Shown one piece after another: positions 1-7,182 of a stretch of DNA of 16,531 bases. The notes below the pieces were generated by a model, which worked only from the letters and a program-made list of their open reading frames with translations, did no database searches and was not told where the DNA came from. The translations under genes and the position numbers were made by a program. Positions within the stretch are counted from its first letter, which is position 1. Each line of letters opens with the position of its first letter. The stretch lies in the UHGV virus genome UHGV-1602447; one strand, written 5' to 3'. The stretch is from a virus.

Positions 1-419
1 CCGATTCTATGTTCATACTGACCGTAACCTGCACCAGGTAACGACGCCCAGATATTGCTGCAACGGTCGATTGCCTGACGAATATCGCCGCGGTCAATCA
101 TCGGTAAAGCGCCACGCTCCTTAATCTGCTGCAATGCAACAGCATCCTGGCTTTTAGGAGAGAAGTCTTTCAGGCCAAGCTGCTTACGATAGGCATCCCA
201 CCAACGGGAAAGAAGCTGGTAACGTCCGGCTGCTGTTGATTTGAGTTTGGGGTTTAGCGTGACAAGTTTGCGAGGGTGATCGGAGTAATCAGTGAATAGC
301 TCTCCGCCTACAATGACGTCATAACCATGATTTCTGGTTTTTTGACGTCCGTTATCAGTTCCCTCCGACCACGCCAGCATATCGAGAAACGCCTTACGTT
401 GACTATTGATTTCCACCAT
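1..419 (-). CDS. R: endolysin R (lambda R-type lytic transglycosylase); 3' end cut by window edge
   Basis: Minus-strand ATG at 419-417 translates [28 protein letters not shown]..., matching lambda R as I recall it. Start overlaps the stop of the upstream holin as in lambda S-R. Frame runs off position 1. Confidence 0.85.
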   Translation of the reverse strand, partial: MVEINSQRKAFLDMLAWSEGTDNGRQKTRNHGYDVIVGGELFTDYSDHPRKLVTLNPKLKSTAAGRYQLLSRWWDAYRKQLGLKDFSPKSQDAVALQQIKERGALPMIDRGDIRQAIDRCSNIWASLPGAGYGQYEHRI

Positions 420-726
420 CTTCTACTCCGGCTTTTTTAGCAGCGAAGCGTTTGATAAGCGAACCAATCGAGTCAGTACCGATGTAGCCGATGAACACGC
501 TCGTTATATAAGCGAGATTGCTACTTAGTCCGGCGAAGTCGAGAAGGTCACGAATGAACCAGGCGATAATGGCGCACATCGTTGCGTCGATTACTGTTTT
601 TGTAAACGCACCGCCATTATATCTGCCGCGAAGGTACGCCATTGCAAACGCAAGGATTGCCCCGATGCCTTGTTCCTTTGCCGCGAGAATGGCGGCTAAC
701 AGGTCATTTTTTTCTGGCATCTTCAT
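403..726 (-). CDS. S: holin S (class I, lambda S-type) with dual-start MKM motif (antiholin S107 / holin S105)
   Basis: ORF track 107 aa [39 protein letters not shown]... is near-identical to lambda S from memory. Sits immediately upstream of R with overlapping stop/start. Confidence 0.9.
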   Translation of the reverse strand: MKMPEKNDLLAAILAAKEQGIGAILAFAMAYLRGRYNGGAFTKTVIDATMCAIIAWFIRDLLDFAGLSSNLAYITSVFIGYIGTDSIGSLIKRFAAKKAGVEDGGNQ

Positions 727-1172
727 GTCTTACCCCCAATAAGGGGATTTGCTCTATTTAATTAGGAATAAGGTCGGTTACTGATAGAACAAATCCAGGC
801 TACTGTGTTTAGTAATCAGATTTGTTCGTGACCGATATGCACGGGCAAAACGGCAGGAGGTTGTTAGGGCAACCTCATGCCACCAGCTTTCACGAAGGTC
901 ATGTGTAGAAGGCCGCAGCGTAACTATCACTGATGAATCCAGGATAGCCAGTGGCTACGGCTCAGTTTGGGTTGTGGCGGCCGGAATCGAACCGGCTTCC
1001 ATCGGTGCGCTGCCGATTGCAGTACGCGCGGCGGTCAGCTACATGACTAGTATTTTCACTGTCGCCTATCTGCTAGCTCGCCATTGAGCTTCACCACAAC
1101 GATAAGAGCACTGCGCGGCACCTTTCACCAATTCCGCGAGGTCTGCGGGTTCAATGCTCTTACCTGTTGTGC

Positions 1173-1219
1173 AAACAAAAAAGCCACCGTTGCAACTTAA
1201 GAGTCACTAACGGCAGCTT
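1173..1219 (-). terminator. candidate tR'-like intrinsic terminator of the short late-promoter transcript
   Basis: Minus strand reads GCUGCCGUU-(17 nt loop)-AACGGUGGC followed by UUUUUUGUUUG. The following sequence TGCACAACAGGTAAGAGCATTGA resembles the lambda tR' region as I recall it. Stem contains two G-U pairs and a long loop. Confidence 0.45.
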
Positions 1220-1220
1220 A

Positions 1221-1262
1221 TGCGAATAGTGTTGCTCATTTGCTCAATGATGTCAACACGTT
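1221..1262 (-). promoter_or_regulatory. candidate late promoter pR'/qut region directly downstream of Q
   Basis: Minus-strand TTGACA (plus 1251-1256) lies immediately after the Q stop, in the position where lambdoid phages carry pR' and the Q-utilisation site. No convincing -10 hexamer could be assigned by eye. Confidence 0.25.
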
Positions 1263-1751
1263 CTATGCTACATGTTTAATTTTCTCTACACGTTTCCGGT
1301 TTTTAAACGCACTATCCAGAACCGGGTAAATCATAAACAACGAAGCATTGAGGATTTCGTCAACTTCCCGGCGACAGGTTGCGAGCGATGGTTTTTGAAT
1401 ACGCCCGCCGCCCCGGCATAACATCTTGCGAGGTCTTGCGACGCGATGATAGTAAGATGCAATGGCATGCTTGGAAGATCCATGAGCGTAGTAGCTGAGG
1501 AGGATGCCAAAGGCTTTCTTGTCAATGTACATGACGGAATCGACGACCTGAGAAATCAACATTCCATCATCATCATTACACATTGGCCTTGTCATAACTC
1601 TTCCCGGCTCTACGCTCTCCATGAACTTAGCTATTACGCTGCTCATGCGCTTTTCCAGACGACCTGAATAAACCCATGCTCCCCACAGTTCAAGCCAGCC
1701 ATTCAGCCAATCGTGCTGTTCTTTGGTGAGGTTTAGTTCTCTTATGCTCAT
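1263..1751 (-). CDS. Q: late-gene antiterminator Q (non-lambda Q type, 162 aa)
   Basis: ORF track 162 aa. Lies between ninH and the late promoter/S-R lysis genes. Sequence is unlike lambda Q (207 aa), consistent with an alternative Q allele such as the phage 21/82 group. Start overlaps ninH stop (ATGA-type). Confidence 0.7.
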   Translation of the reverse strand: MSIRELNLTKEQHDWLNGWLELWGAWVYSGRLEKRMSSVIAKFMESVEPGRVMTRPMCNDDDGMLISQVVDSVMYIDKKAFGILLSYYAHGSSKHAIASYYHRVARPRKMLCRGGGRIQKPSLATCRREVDEILNASLFMIYPVLDSAFKNRKRVEKIKHVA

Positions 1752-1936
1752 CGTCTTCCCCTCTTGCCCTGTTTGACCATCAGGACGCCGTTAACTATTA
1801 CATGACGCTCGCCTTTGCTGTCTCTGTTGTACTTGAGCACTGTTCCTCTTGCGCAGGAAAGCATCCTCGCCACTTCGGTCTGATTGCCTCGTGTCTGGAT
1901 AAGAAGCTCTGGTATCGTTTGAATTGTGGCGTTCAT
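1748..1936 (-). CDS. ninH: NinH-like small DNA-binding protein
   Basis: ORF track 62 aa MNATIQTIPELLIQTRGNQTEVARMLSCARGTVLKYNRDS... resembles lambda NinH (TIPDMLVEAYGNQTEVARRL...). Immediately upstream of Q. Confidence 0.7.
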   Translation of the reverse strand: MNATIQTIPELLIQTRGNQTEVARMLSCARGTVLKYNRDSKGERHVIVNGVLMVKQGKRGRR

Positions 1937-2295
1937 ACGTTCTCCAGTTCGGTGATTTTTATTCCAAGCCTCCCACCTGGTACTTTCACACCGCGAATTA
2001 CGCGAATGTCATCGAATTGCTCGTCGTCTTCCGCAAATCCGGCGTGGATAAGGGAGTCGAGTAAACCTTTCAGGATGTTGTCGAGGTCGCGGCGGCGGGA
2101 GTCTGGAACGTCTGCGATGACTTTGATACGGAGTCGTGATTTGGTGAAAATGTCTAACTTGAGTTGGCGGATGATTTGCTGAACGTCTTTTCGGTATTTC
2201 TGGCCTTTATCGCTGATGTAGTATTGGCTTCCCCGTCTTCGCCAGTAGGTGTTCACCGACGGCGGGTATGGAAGCACAAACTGATATTCGTTCAT
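1933..2295 (-). CDS. rusA: RusA-family Holliday junction resolvase
   Basis: ORF track 120 aa with RusA hallmarks (LPYPPSVNTYW..., DxxRRDLDN, GGRLGIKITE). Same length as E. coli RusA. Confidence 0.85.
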   Translation of the reverse strand: MNEYQFVLPYPPSVNTYWRRRGSQYYISDKGQKYRKDVQQIIRQLKLDIFTKSRLRIKVIADVPDSRRRDLDNILKGLLDSLIHAGFAEDDEQFDDIRVIRGVKVPGGRLGIKITELENV

Positions 2296-2582
2296 GGCTT
2301 AATCTTCCCCTCCTTCAGCAGTATCGCCTGCGTCCTGATCACGCCTTCGAGGTGGTAAAGTCTGGCGTCTTTGTTGTCGAGAATCATTGTGCGTCGGTCG
2401 ATTTCATCGTGACACGCGCTACAAGCCCATGCGCCGATCAGGTCGTCAGGCTTCATTCCCGCTCCGCAAATTCCAGCCATCCTGTAATGTGCCAGAACTG
2501 TAGTTTCAGGATTGCCATTGCATATGCCGTAAATACGTACCTGGCATTCTCTGCCGCGCGCTTCTTTGCGTAGGTTAGCCAT
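2292..2582 (-). CDS. YbcO-like (DUF1364) putative nuclease
   Basis: ORF track 96 aa MANLRKEARGRECQVRIYGICNGNPETTVLAHYR...ACSACHDEIDRR..., closely resembling DLP12 prophage YbcO from memory. Cys/His-rich. Confidence 0.7.
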   Translation of the reverse strand: MANLRKEARGRECQVRIYGICNGNPETTVLAHYRMAGICGAGMKPDDLIGAWACSACHDEIDRRTMILDNKDARLYHLEGVIRTQAILLKEGKIKP

Positions 2583-3304
2583 TAAGCAGCCTCCCCTGTT
2601 ACTTTCAGCATTCCGTTATCGAGCAGCTTTCTGGTCAGCCACTGTTGACCACGACCGGTGATTTTTGTGGTAAACGATATCTGTATTCCGTGATTTGTAT
2701 TGACCGCTGTTTCTTTCACTGTGAAATAGCCGCGATCCATATATTCCTGCATTGGCACATTGCGCCGGGAACCTGAAGCAATAAGGATTTTGTGATCGCG
2801 CATCCACGCAAACAGTTTGTTTGGATCAATTCCAACAACCTTTGCAAAGTTTCCAATCAAAATTCCGCTGGCCTCGCCAACGCGATCGGCAAACTCAACT
2901 TTAGGTGCGGCAATTGCGAGCTGGTTTTCCAGTTGCATTTTCTGCTCAGCAAGATCAGCAGCAAGGCGCAACGCTTCTGGTAGCGTTTTGGGGATATTAA
3001 CCGCAGCTTCTTCAAGCTCTCGCCAACGGTCAACAAGACGAGCGGTGAACTCTGGCGACAACTGGGCAACAACAACAATACTATCTCGCTTACCTTGTTC
3101 GCCTTCGAAGACGTAATGCTCGTACTGAACATTGAACCCTAAGTTATTGATTCTTTCGGAAACCTCAATTTGAGGAAGCCGGATAACACCATTTTTAGCC
3201 AGCGTTTCGATGGTACGTTTCACATTGTCATGACGCTTACCAACCAACTCAGCGATTTCAATGCTTGTCATTTTTATGGCATTGCCATTTATTAACTCAT
3301 TCAT
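2582..3304 (-). CDS. phage antirepressor / regulatory protein (Rha-like N-terminus + KilA-C/ANT C-terminal domain)
   Basis: ORF track 240 aa. N-terminus (MTSIEIAELVGKRHDNVKRTIETL) fits the Rha family; C-terminal half (ADRVGEASGILIGNFAKVVGI...HKILI) fits the KilAC antirepressor domain. Start overlaps ninF stop. Confidence 0.7.
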   Translation of the reverse strand: MNELINGNAIKMTSIEIAELVGKRHDNVKRTIETLAKNGVIRLPQIEVSERINNLGFNVQYEHYVFEGEQGKRDSIVVVAQLSPEFTARLVDRWRELEEAAVNIPKTLPEALRLAADLAEQKMQLENQLAIAAPKVEFADRVGEASGILIGNFAKVVGIDPNKLFAWMRDHKILIASGSRRNVPMQEYMDRGYFTVKETAVNTNHGIQISFTTKITGRGQQWLTRKLLDNGMLKVTGEAA

Positions 3305-3467
3305 CGTCTTCTTCCTCGTACATTGAGCTATTCGGATCGCTCATCAGTTCTGCGCAGCAATCGGAGCACACGTGAACTTCCAGAAAATGCAGTTTTTGCC
3401 CGCAATTAGCGCACGTTAAAGCTCGCTCGACGCTTTCTTGTTCGTAACTTCGATTTTGGTCAATCAC
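3297..3467 (-). CDS. ninF: NinF (56 aa, CxxC...CxxC zinc-ribbon-like)
   Basis: Hand translation from GTG at 3467: (M)[55 protein letters not shown], matching lambda NinF from memory. RBS GAGG upstream. Start overlaps ninE stop; stop overlaps antirepressor start. Below the ORF track size cutoff. Confidence 0.7.
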   Translation of the reverse strand: MIDQNRSYEQESVERALTCANCGQKLHFLEVHVCSDCCAELMSDPNSSMYEEEDDE

Positions 3468-3646
3468 CTTGTTTTCCTCGCACGTTCTCTAAGCCACCGG
3501 ATATCCCACAGGTGAGCCGTGTAGTTGAAGGTTTTTACGTCAGATTCTTTTGGGATTGGCTTGGGTTTATTTCTGGTGCGTTTCGTTGGAAGGTATTTGC
3601 AGTTTTCGCAGATTATGTCGGTGATACTTCGTCGCTGTCTCGCCAC
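3464..3646 (-). CDS. ninE: NinE
   Basis: ORF track 60 aa (M)[22 protein letters not shown]... is near-identical to lambda NinE from memory. GTG start with AAGGAGG RBS 5 nt upstream. Confidence 0.8.
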   Translation of the reverse strand: MARQRRSITDIICENCKYLPTKRTRNKPKPIPKESDVKTFNYTAHLWDIRWLRERARKTR

Positions 3647-3783
3647 ACGTCCTCCTTTTCCTGCGGTAGTGGTAACACCCCTGTTGGTGTTCTTTCACAC
3701 CGGAGACACCATCGATTCCAGTAAGGTTGATTTGGTCGGAAGCGGTTATCTTCTTTGCATTCACCGCACCGATAACATCGCAT
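3613..3783 (-). CDS. ninD: NinD (56 aa, CxxC zinc-ribbon-like)
   Basis: Hand translation from ATG at 3783-3781: [56 protein letters not shown]. Start overlaps ninC stop (TGATG); 34-nt overlap with ninE, the same geometry as lambda. Not in ORF track (<60 aa). Confidence 0.6.
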   Translation of the reverse strand: MRCYRCGECKEDNRFRPNQPYWNRWCLRCERTPTGVLPLPQEKEDVWRDSDEVSPT

Positions 3784-4655
3784 CATGCAGCTTCCCTCCC
3801 GAAGTCGAAATCAAGCTGCCCTCCAAATATTTCGCATGACTCAGAACAAGAGCCGGTATCGAATCTTTTAGCTCGTACCATGTCCTGATACAGGGCTTGA
3901 TAATCATTTTCTGAATACATTTTCGCGATACCGTCCAGCGACATTCTTCCTCGGTACATAATCTCCTTTGGCGTTTCCCGATGTCCGTCACGCACATGGG
4001 ATCCCGTGATGACCTCATTAAAAACACGCTGCAATCCCTCCTCATCTTTGCAGGCAAGTCCGATTTTTTGCGTTGATTTTTTAATGCAGAATATGCAGTT
4101 ACCGAGATGTTCCGGTATTTGCAAATCGAATGGTTGTTGCTTCCACCATGCGAGGATATCTTCCTTCTCAAAGTCTGACAGTTCAGCAAGATATCTGATT
4201 CCAGGCTTTGGCTTTAGCCGCTTCGGTTCATCAGCTCTGATGCCAATCCACGTGGTGTAATTCCCTCGCCCGAAATGGTCATCACAGTATTTGGTGAAGG
4301 GAACGAGTTTTAATCTGTCAGTGCAGAACGCGCCGCCGACGTATGGAGTGCCATATTTCTTTACCATATCGATAAATGGCTTCAGAACAGGCATTCGCGT
4401 CTGAATATCCTTTGGTTCCCATACCGTATAACCATTTGGCTGTCCAAGCTCCGGGTTGATATCAACCTGCAATACGGTGAGCGGTATATCCCAGAACTTC
4501 ACAACTTCCCTGACAAACCGATATGTCATTGGATGTTCACAACCTGTATCCATGAAAACGTAATGCACGTCTTTACCTGCCCGTCGCTTTTGCTCCATTA
4601 GCCAGAGCAAATATGCTGACGTCCTGCCACCGGAGAAACTAACGACATTTATCAT
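3783..4655 (-). CDS. ninC: NinC (PAPS-reductase-like / 3'-phosphoadenosine 5'-phosphosulfate sulfotransferase fold)
   Basis: ORF track 310 aa. Chosen start is the internal [19 protein letters not shown]... (290 aa, lambda NinC length), whose ATG overlaps the ninB stop (ATGA). SGGxxS P-loop motif of the PAPS reductase family. Confidence 0.85.
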   Translation of the reverse strand: MINVVSFSGGRTSAYLLWLMEQKRRAGKDVHYVFMDTGCEHPMTYRFVREVVKFWDIPLTVLQVDINPELGQPNGYTVWEPKDIQTRMPVLKPFIDMVKKYGTPYVGGAFCTDRLKLVPFTKYCDDHFGRGNYTTWIGIRADEPKRLKPKPGIRYLAELSDFEKEDILAWWKQQPFDLQIPEHLGNCIFCIKKSTQKIGLACKDEEGLQRVFNEVITGSHVRDGHRETPKEIMYRGRMSLDGIAKMYSENDYQALYQDMVRAKRFDTGSCSESCEIFGGQLDFDFGREAA

Positions 4656-5080
4656 GCAGCCCTGTCTCCCCATCTCGCTTTCCACTCCAGAGCCAGTCGC
4701 GCTTCGTCTGACCACTTAACGCCACGCTCTGTACCGAATGCCTGTATAAGCTCTAATAGCTCCGCAAATTCGCTTACACGCATCCTGCTGGTTGACTGGC
4801 CTATTACCACAAAGCCATTCCCGGCAAGGTTAGGAACAACGTCCTGCTGCTTTAATGCTGCGGTAAACACACACTTCCAGCTTTCTGCATCCAGCCAGCG
4901 ACCATGCCATTCAACCTGACGCGAAACGTCACCAAGGCAAGCCCAAAGCTTCCGATTTTGGTCTAAGCTGCGGTTGCGCTGCTTAAACTCGACAATGATG
5001 TCTAAATCGCATGTCCTAAGATACTGAATGGCGTTATATCTTATAGATTCATTAGTAAGGTGATATTTGACACATTTCAT
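4652..5080 (-). CDS. ninB: NinB (Orf recombination mediator), lambda-like body with a non-lambda 27-residue N-terminus
   Basis: ORF track frame 4652-5167. Chosen start MKCVKYHLTNESIRYNAIQYLRTCDLD-IIVEFKQRNRSLDQNRKLWACLGDVSRQVEWHGRW... (142 aa). From IVEF onward it matches lambda NinB; the ATG sits 1 nt after the HNH ORF stop (TAA-A-ATG). Confidence 0.75.
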   Translation of the reverse strand: MKCVKYHLTNESIRYNAIQYLRTCDLDIIVEFKQRNRSLDQNRKLWACLGDVSRQVEWHGRWLDAESWKCVFTAALKQQDVVPNLAGNGFVVIGQSTSRMRVSEFAELLELIQAFGTERGVKWSDEARLALEWKARWGDRAA

Positions 5081-5081
5081 T

Positions 5082-5669
5082 TTAATACCTCGCAAATTCG
5101 CCGAAACATTCATCCGCTTTATTTGCATATACTTTATGAGCTTCCTTTGGGTCATCGTAAAACCCAAGATTAACTTTCCTCTTGTTGATTACGATTTGCG
5201 CCCTCCATTTTCTTGATTTCTTATCCCATGAAACGCCTTTATATCCTGATTTGTTATTTGCCTTTTTGTTTACGTTTTGGATGTTTTGAGATCGAGTTGC
5301 CAATCTAAGGTTTGCTATACGATTGTCATCCCTAACGAGATTTATGTGGTCGATATCACTTTTTGGTAGACTGCCATTCATATAGAGCCACGCCAGCCTG
5401 TGTGCCTTATAAAGTTTTCCATCGACTTTTATTACCCAGTAGCCTTCGCTACTCTTATGCCCTGCGATATCCCCTGCATTCATTCTCTGGCATTTCTTTA
5501 CTTTCCATGTGAATTTCCCTGTTAACTCATCGTAGAGAAGGACTTCTTTTAGTCTCTGCTGAGTTATTTGATTGATTGGTTTTGTTGGGTCTGGAAGGAT
5601 TTGCTGTACTGCGTGAATAGCGTTTTGCTGATGTACTGGAGATCGAATTTCAAAGGTTAGTTTTTTCAT
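5082..5669 (-). CDS. HNH homing endonuclease (HNH_3 + AP2-like DNA-binding domain) fused in frame to the first ~32 codons of lambda-type NinB
   Basis: ORF track 201 aa; start taken at ATG 5669 (RBS GGGGGAGAGGGA). MKKLTFEIRSPVHQQNAIHAVQQILPDPTKPI equals the lambda NinB N-terminus, then ...GYWVIKVDGKLYKAHRLAWLYMNGSLPKSDIDHINLVRDDNRIANLR... (HNH) and YKGVSWDKKSRKWRAQIVINKRKVNLGFYDDPKEA (AP2-like). Confidence 0.75.
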   Translation of the reverse strand: MKKLTFEIRSPVHQQNAIHAVQQILPDPTKPINQITQQRLKEVLLYDELTGKFTWKVKKCQRMNAGDIAGHKSSEGYWVIKVDGKLYKAHRLAWLYMNGSLPKSDIDHINLVRDDNRIANLRLATRSQNIQNVNKKANNKSGYKGVSWDKKSRKWRAQIVINKRKVNLGFYDDPKEAHKVYANKADECFGEFARY

Positions 5670-5685
5670 GACTTCCCTCTCCCCC

Positions 5686-5717
5686 AAATAAAAAGGCCTG
5701 CGATTACCAGCAGGCCT
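5686..5717 (-). terminator. intrinsic terminator between helicase and nin operon (tR2 analogue)
   Basis: Minus strand: AGGCCUGC-(8 nt)-GCAGGCCU GC-rich hairpin followed by UUUUAUUUGGGGG. Located just downstream of the helicase stop, where lambda has tR2. Confidence 0.6.
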
Positions 5718-5745
5718 GTTATTAGCTCAGTGATGTAGATGGTCA

Positions 5746-7182
5746 TCAGAATCCTCCTTTCTTCTTGGACTGCGGTTCCTCTCGTTCACGTCGGCGCATT
5801 TCAGCAGACTGTTGGTCTGTGTCATAAATAGCGCCATTTGCCTGAATGCAATACACCGTGCCGGTATTGCCATGACGATTGAGACGAAGGATTAGTTCGG
5901 TTTCACCAGGTGGAACACTGTCATCAAAAGCGCCTTCACGATGGATCCCAACCCAATAATCGCAATCCTGTTCAATCTGCCCTGTATCTCGTGAGTCACT
6001 TGGTAATGGGCGTTTATTGGTTCGGCTTTCCAGTGCGCGGTTAAGCTGCGTCAGAAGCACAACAACGCAATCAAGCTCTTTGGCAAGGTTCTTCAGTCCT
6101 TTGGTGATCATGCCGTAAGCAAGGTCATTGCGATCGGCCTTCTCAGCGGTCATTAGTGTCAGGTAATCGACCAGAATCATGCCAACACATCCTTTTTCTC
6201 GCTTGATTCGACGGCTTTCGCTGACGATTTGAGCCAGAGATAATCCCGGCGTGTCGTCGATGTAAAGCATGTCGATTTCACTCAAGCGATTAGCTGTTTC
6301 GATCGCCCTGTTGAAGTCACCATCGTAATCACCCTGATAGCCGTCATCAGCGTCATTTGTCGCCGGAAGGTAAAAAATATTCGGGTTAACACCAGACTTC
6401 TGCCCTACCAGTTTTTCCAGTATCTGATCACCTGGCATTTCAAGGCTGAACATCAAAGCGGGCTTTTTCTCATACACTGCGCAATTGATTGCCATCTGGC
6501 TGTATAGCGTCGTTTTCCCCATCTTAGGGCGAGCGCCAATGACAAACAGAGAGCCTTTCACCAGACCTTTCGGTGACAGCATCCTGTCCAGCGATGGGAT
6601 CCCTGTGCTCATTCCCCGTTGTTCGCCTGATGGGTCAAATCGCTTCTCAAGGTCGCTAACCCAGTCTTCCATGACCTCACCAAATGAACGAAGGCCGCGA
6701 CGCGATCCGGTTTTTGCATGGTCTGTCAGTTGCGTGAAAATCGACTGAATAGCTTCGTACTTCTGCGTTGCAGTCATTCCGTTGCGGGAATAGAGCAATT
6801 CCGTCGCTTCAGTCATGCGGTTGATGGCGTAGCGTTCCATTGCGGTTTCACGAACCTGCATTGCATAGGCAACGATGTTTGCTGCGCTTGGCGTGTTCTT
6901 TGCGATCTCAGCGATATAAGCAAAACCGCCAACAGACACAGTTAACGATTTACGCTCCAGTTCATCGAAAAGCGTCAGGCCATCTACTGGCTTTTGCTCC
7001 CGGTGCATTCTGGTTATTTCTTCGAAAAGGATTTTGTGTGGTCGGCTGTAAAATGAATCAGGCTTCAGCATCGCCAGAACTTTCTGGACGCGCTCACTGC
7101 TGTCATCATCCAGAAGCAATCCACCAATCACCGCCTGCTCTGCCTCGATGCTATGGGGCGGCGCATAAAAATTATCGGTCAT
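5746..7182 (-). CDS. replicative DNA helicase, DnaB family (phage-encoded; P22 gp12-like replication module)
   Basis: ORF track 483 aa with Walker A GARPKMGKTT and DnaB-like N-terminal domain (IEAEQAVIGGLL). Start chosen at ATG 7182 (MTDNFYAPP..., RBS GAGGG 7 nt upstream) rather than the upstream GTG. Confidence 0.9.
   Translation of the reverse strand: MTDNFYAPPHSIEAEQAVIGGLLLDDDSSERVQKVLAMLKPDSFYSRPHKILFEEITRMHREQKPVDGLTLFDELERKSLTVSVGGFAYIAEIAKNTPSAANIVAYAMQVRETAMERYAINRMTEATELLYSRNGMTATQKYEAIQSIFTQLTDHAKTGSRRGLRSFGEVMEDWVSDLEKRFDPSGEQRGMSTGIPSLDRMLSPKGLVKGSLFVIGARPKMGKTTLYSQMAINCAVYEKKPALMFSLEMPGDQILEKLVGQKSGVNPNIFYLPATNDADDGYQGDYDGDFNRAIETANRLSEIDMLYIDDTPGLSLAQIVSESRRIKREKGCVGMILVDYLTLMTAEKADRNDLAYGMITKGLKNLAKELDCVVVLLTQLNRALESRTNKRPLPSDSRDTGQIEQDCDYWVGIHREGAFDDSVPPGETELILRLNRHGNTGTVYCIQANGAIYDTDQQSAEMRRREREEPQSKKKGGF

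Noticed and set aside
518-742. Plus-strand 74-aa ORF antisense to holin S
   Set aside because: Entirely embedded in the opposite strand of a conserved holin gene; no RBS or homology.
975-1045. tRNA-like segment on the minus strand: T-arm GCCGG-TTCGATT-CCGGC and a possible anticodon stem-loop ATCGG-CAGCGCA-CCGAT
   Set aside because: No credible D-arm, acceptor stem pairs poorly (two mismatches in seven), and no CCA end. At best a tRNA remnant or a chance match, so not called as a tRNA gene.
1331-2573. Multiple track ORFs in alternative frames or antisense to Q, ninH, rusA and ybcO-like (1331-1525, 1446-1667, 1802-2182, 2164-2358, 2268-2573)
   Set aside because: All overlap better-supported genes that form a tightly coupled operon; low-complexity, Ser/Arg-rich translations typical of off-frame reading.
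2616-3132. Track ORFs overlapping the antirepressor gene (2616-2807, 2792-2983, 2817-3116, 2857-3132)
   Set aside because: Embedded in or antisense to the antirepressor CDS with no independent support.
3567-3764. 65-aa minus-strand ORF from the track overlapping ninD and ninE
   Set aside because: A different frame of the same DNA gives a 56-aa CxxC protein (ninD) with lambda-like overlap geometry. The 65-aa frame has no RBS and overlaps ninE by 80 nt.
4656-4715. Upstream extension of the NinC ORF (first 20 codons of the 310-aa track ORF)
   Set aside because: The internal ATG at 4655 overlaps the ninB stop (ATGA) and gives the 290-aa NinC length; the extension would run through the ninB C-terminus.
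5081-5167. Upstream extension of the ninB ORF (first 29 codons of the 171-aa track ORF)
   Set aside because: This extension overlaps the C-terminus of the HNH ORF in another frame; the ATG at 5080 immediately after the HNH stop is the more plausible start.
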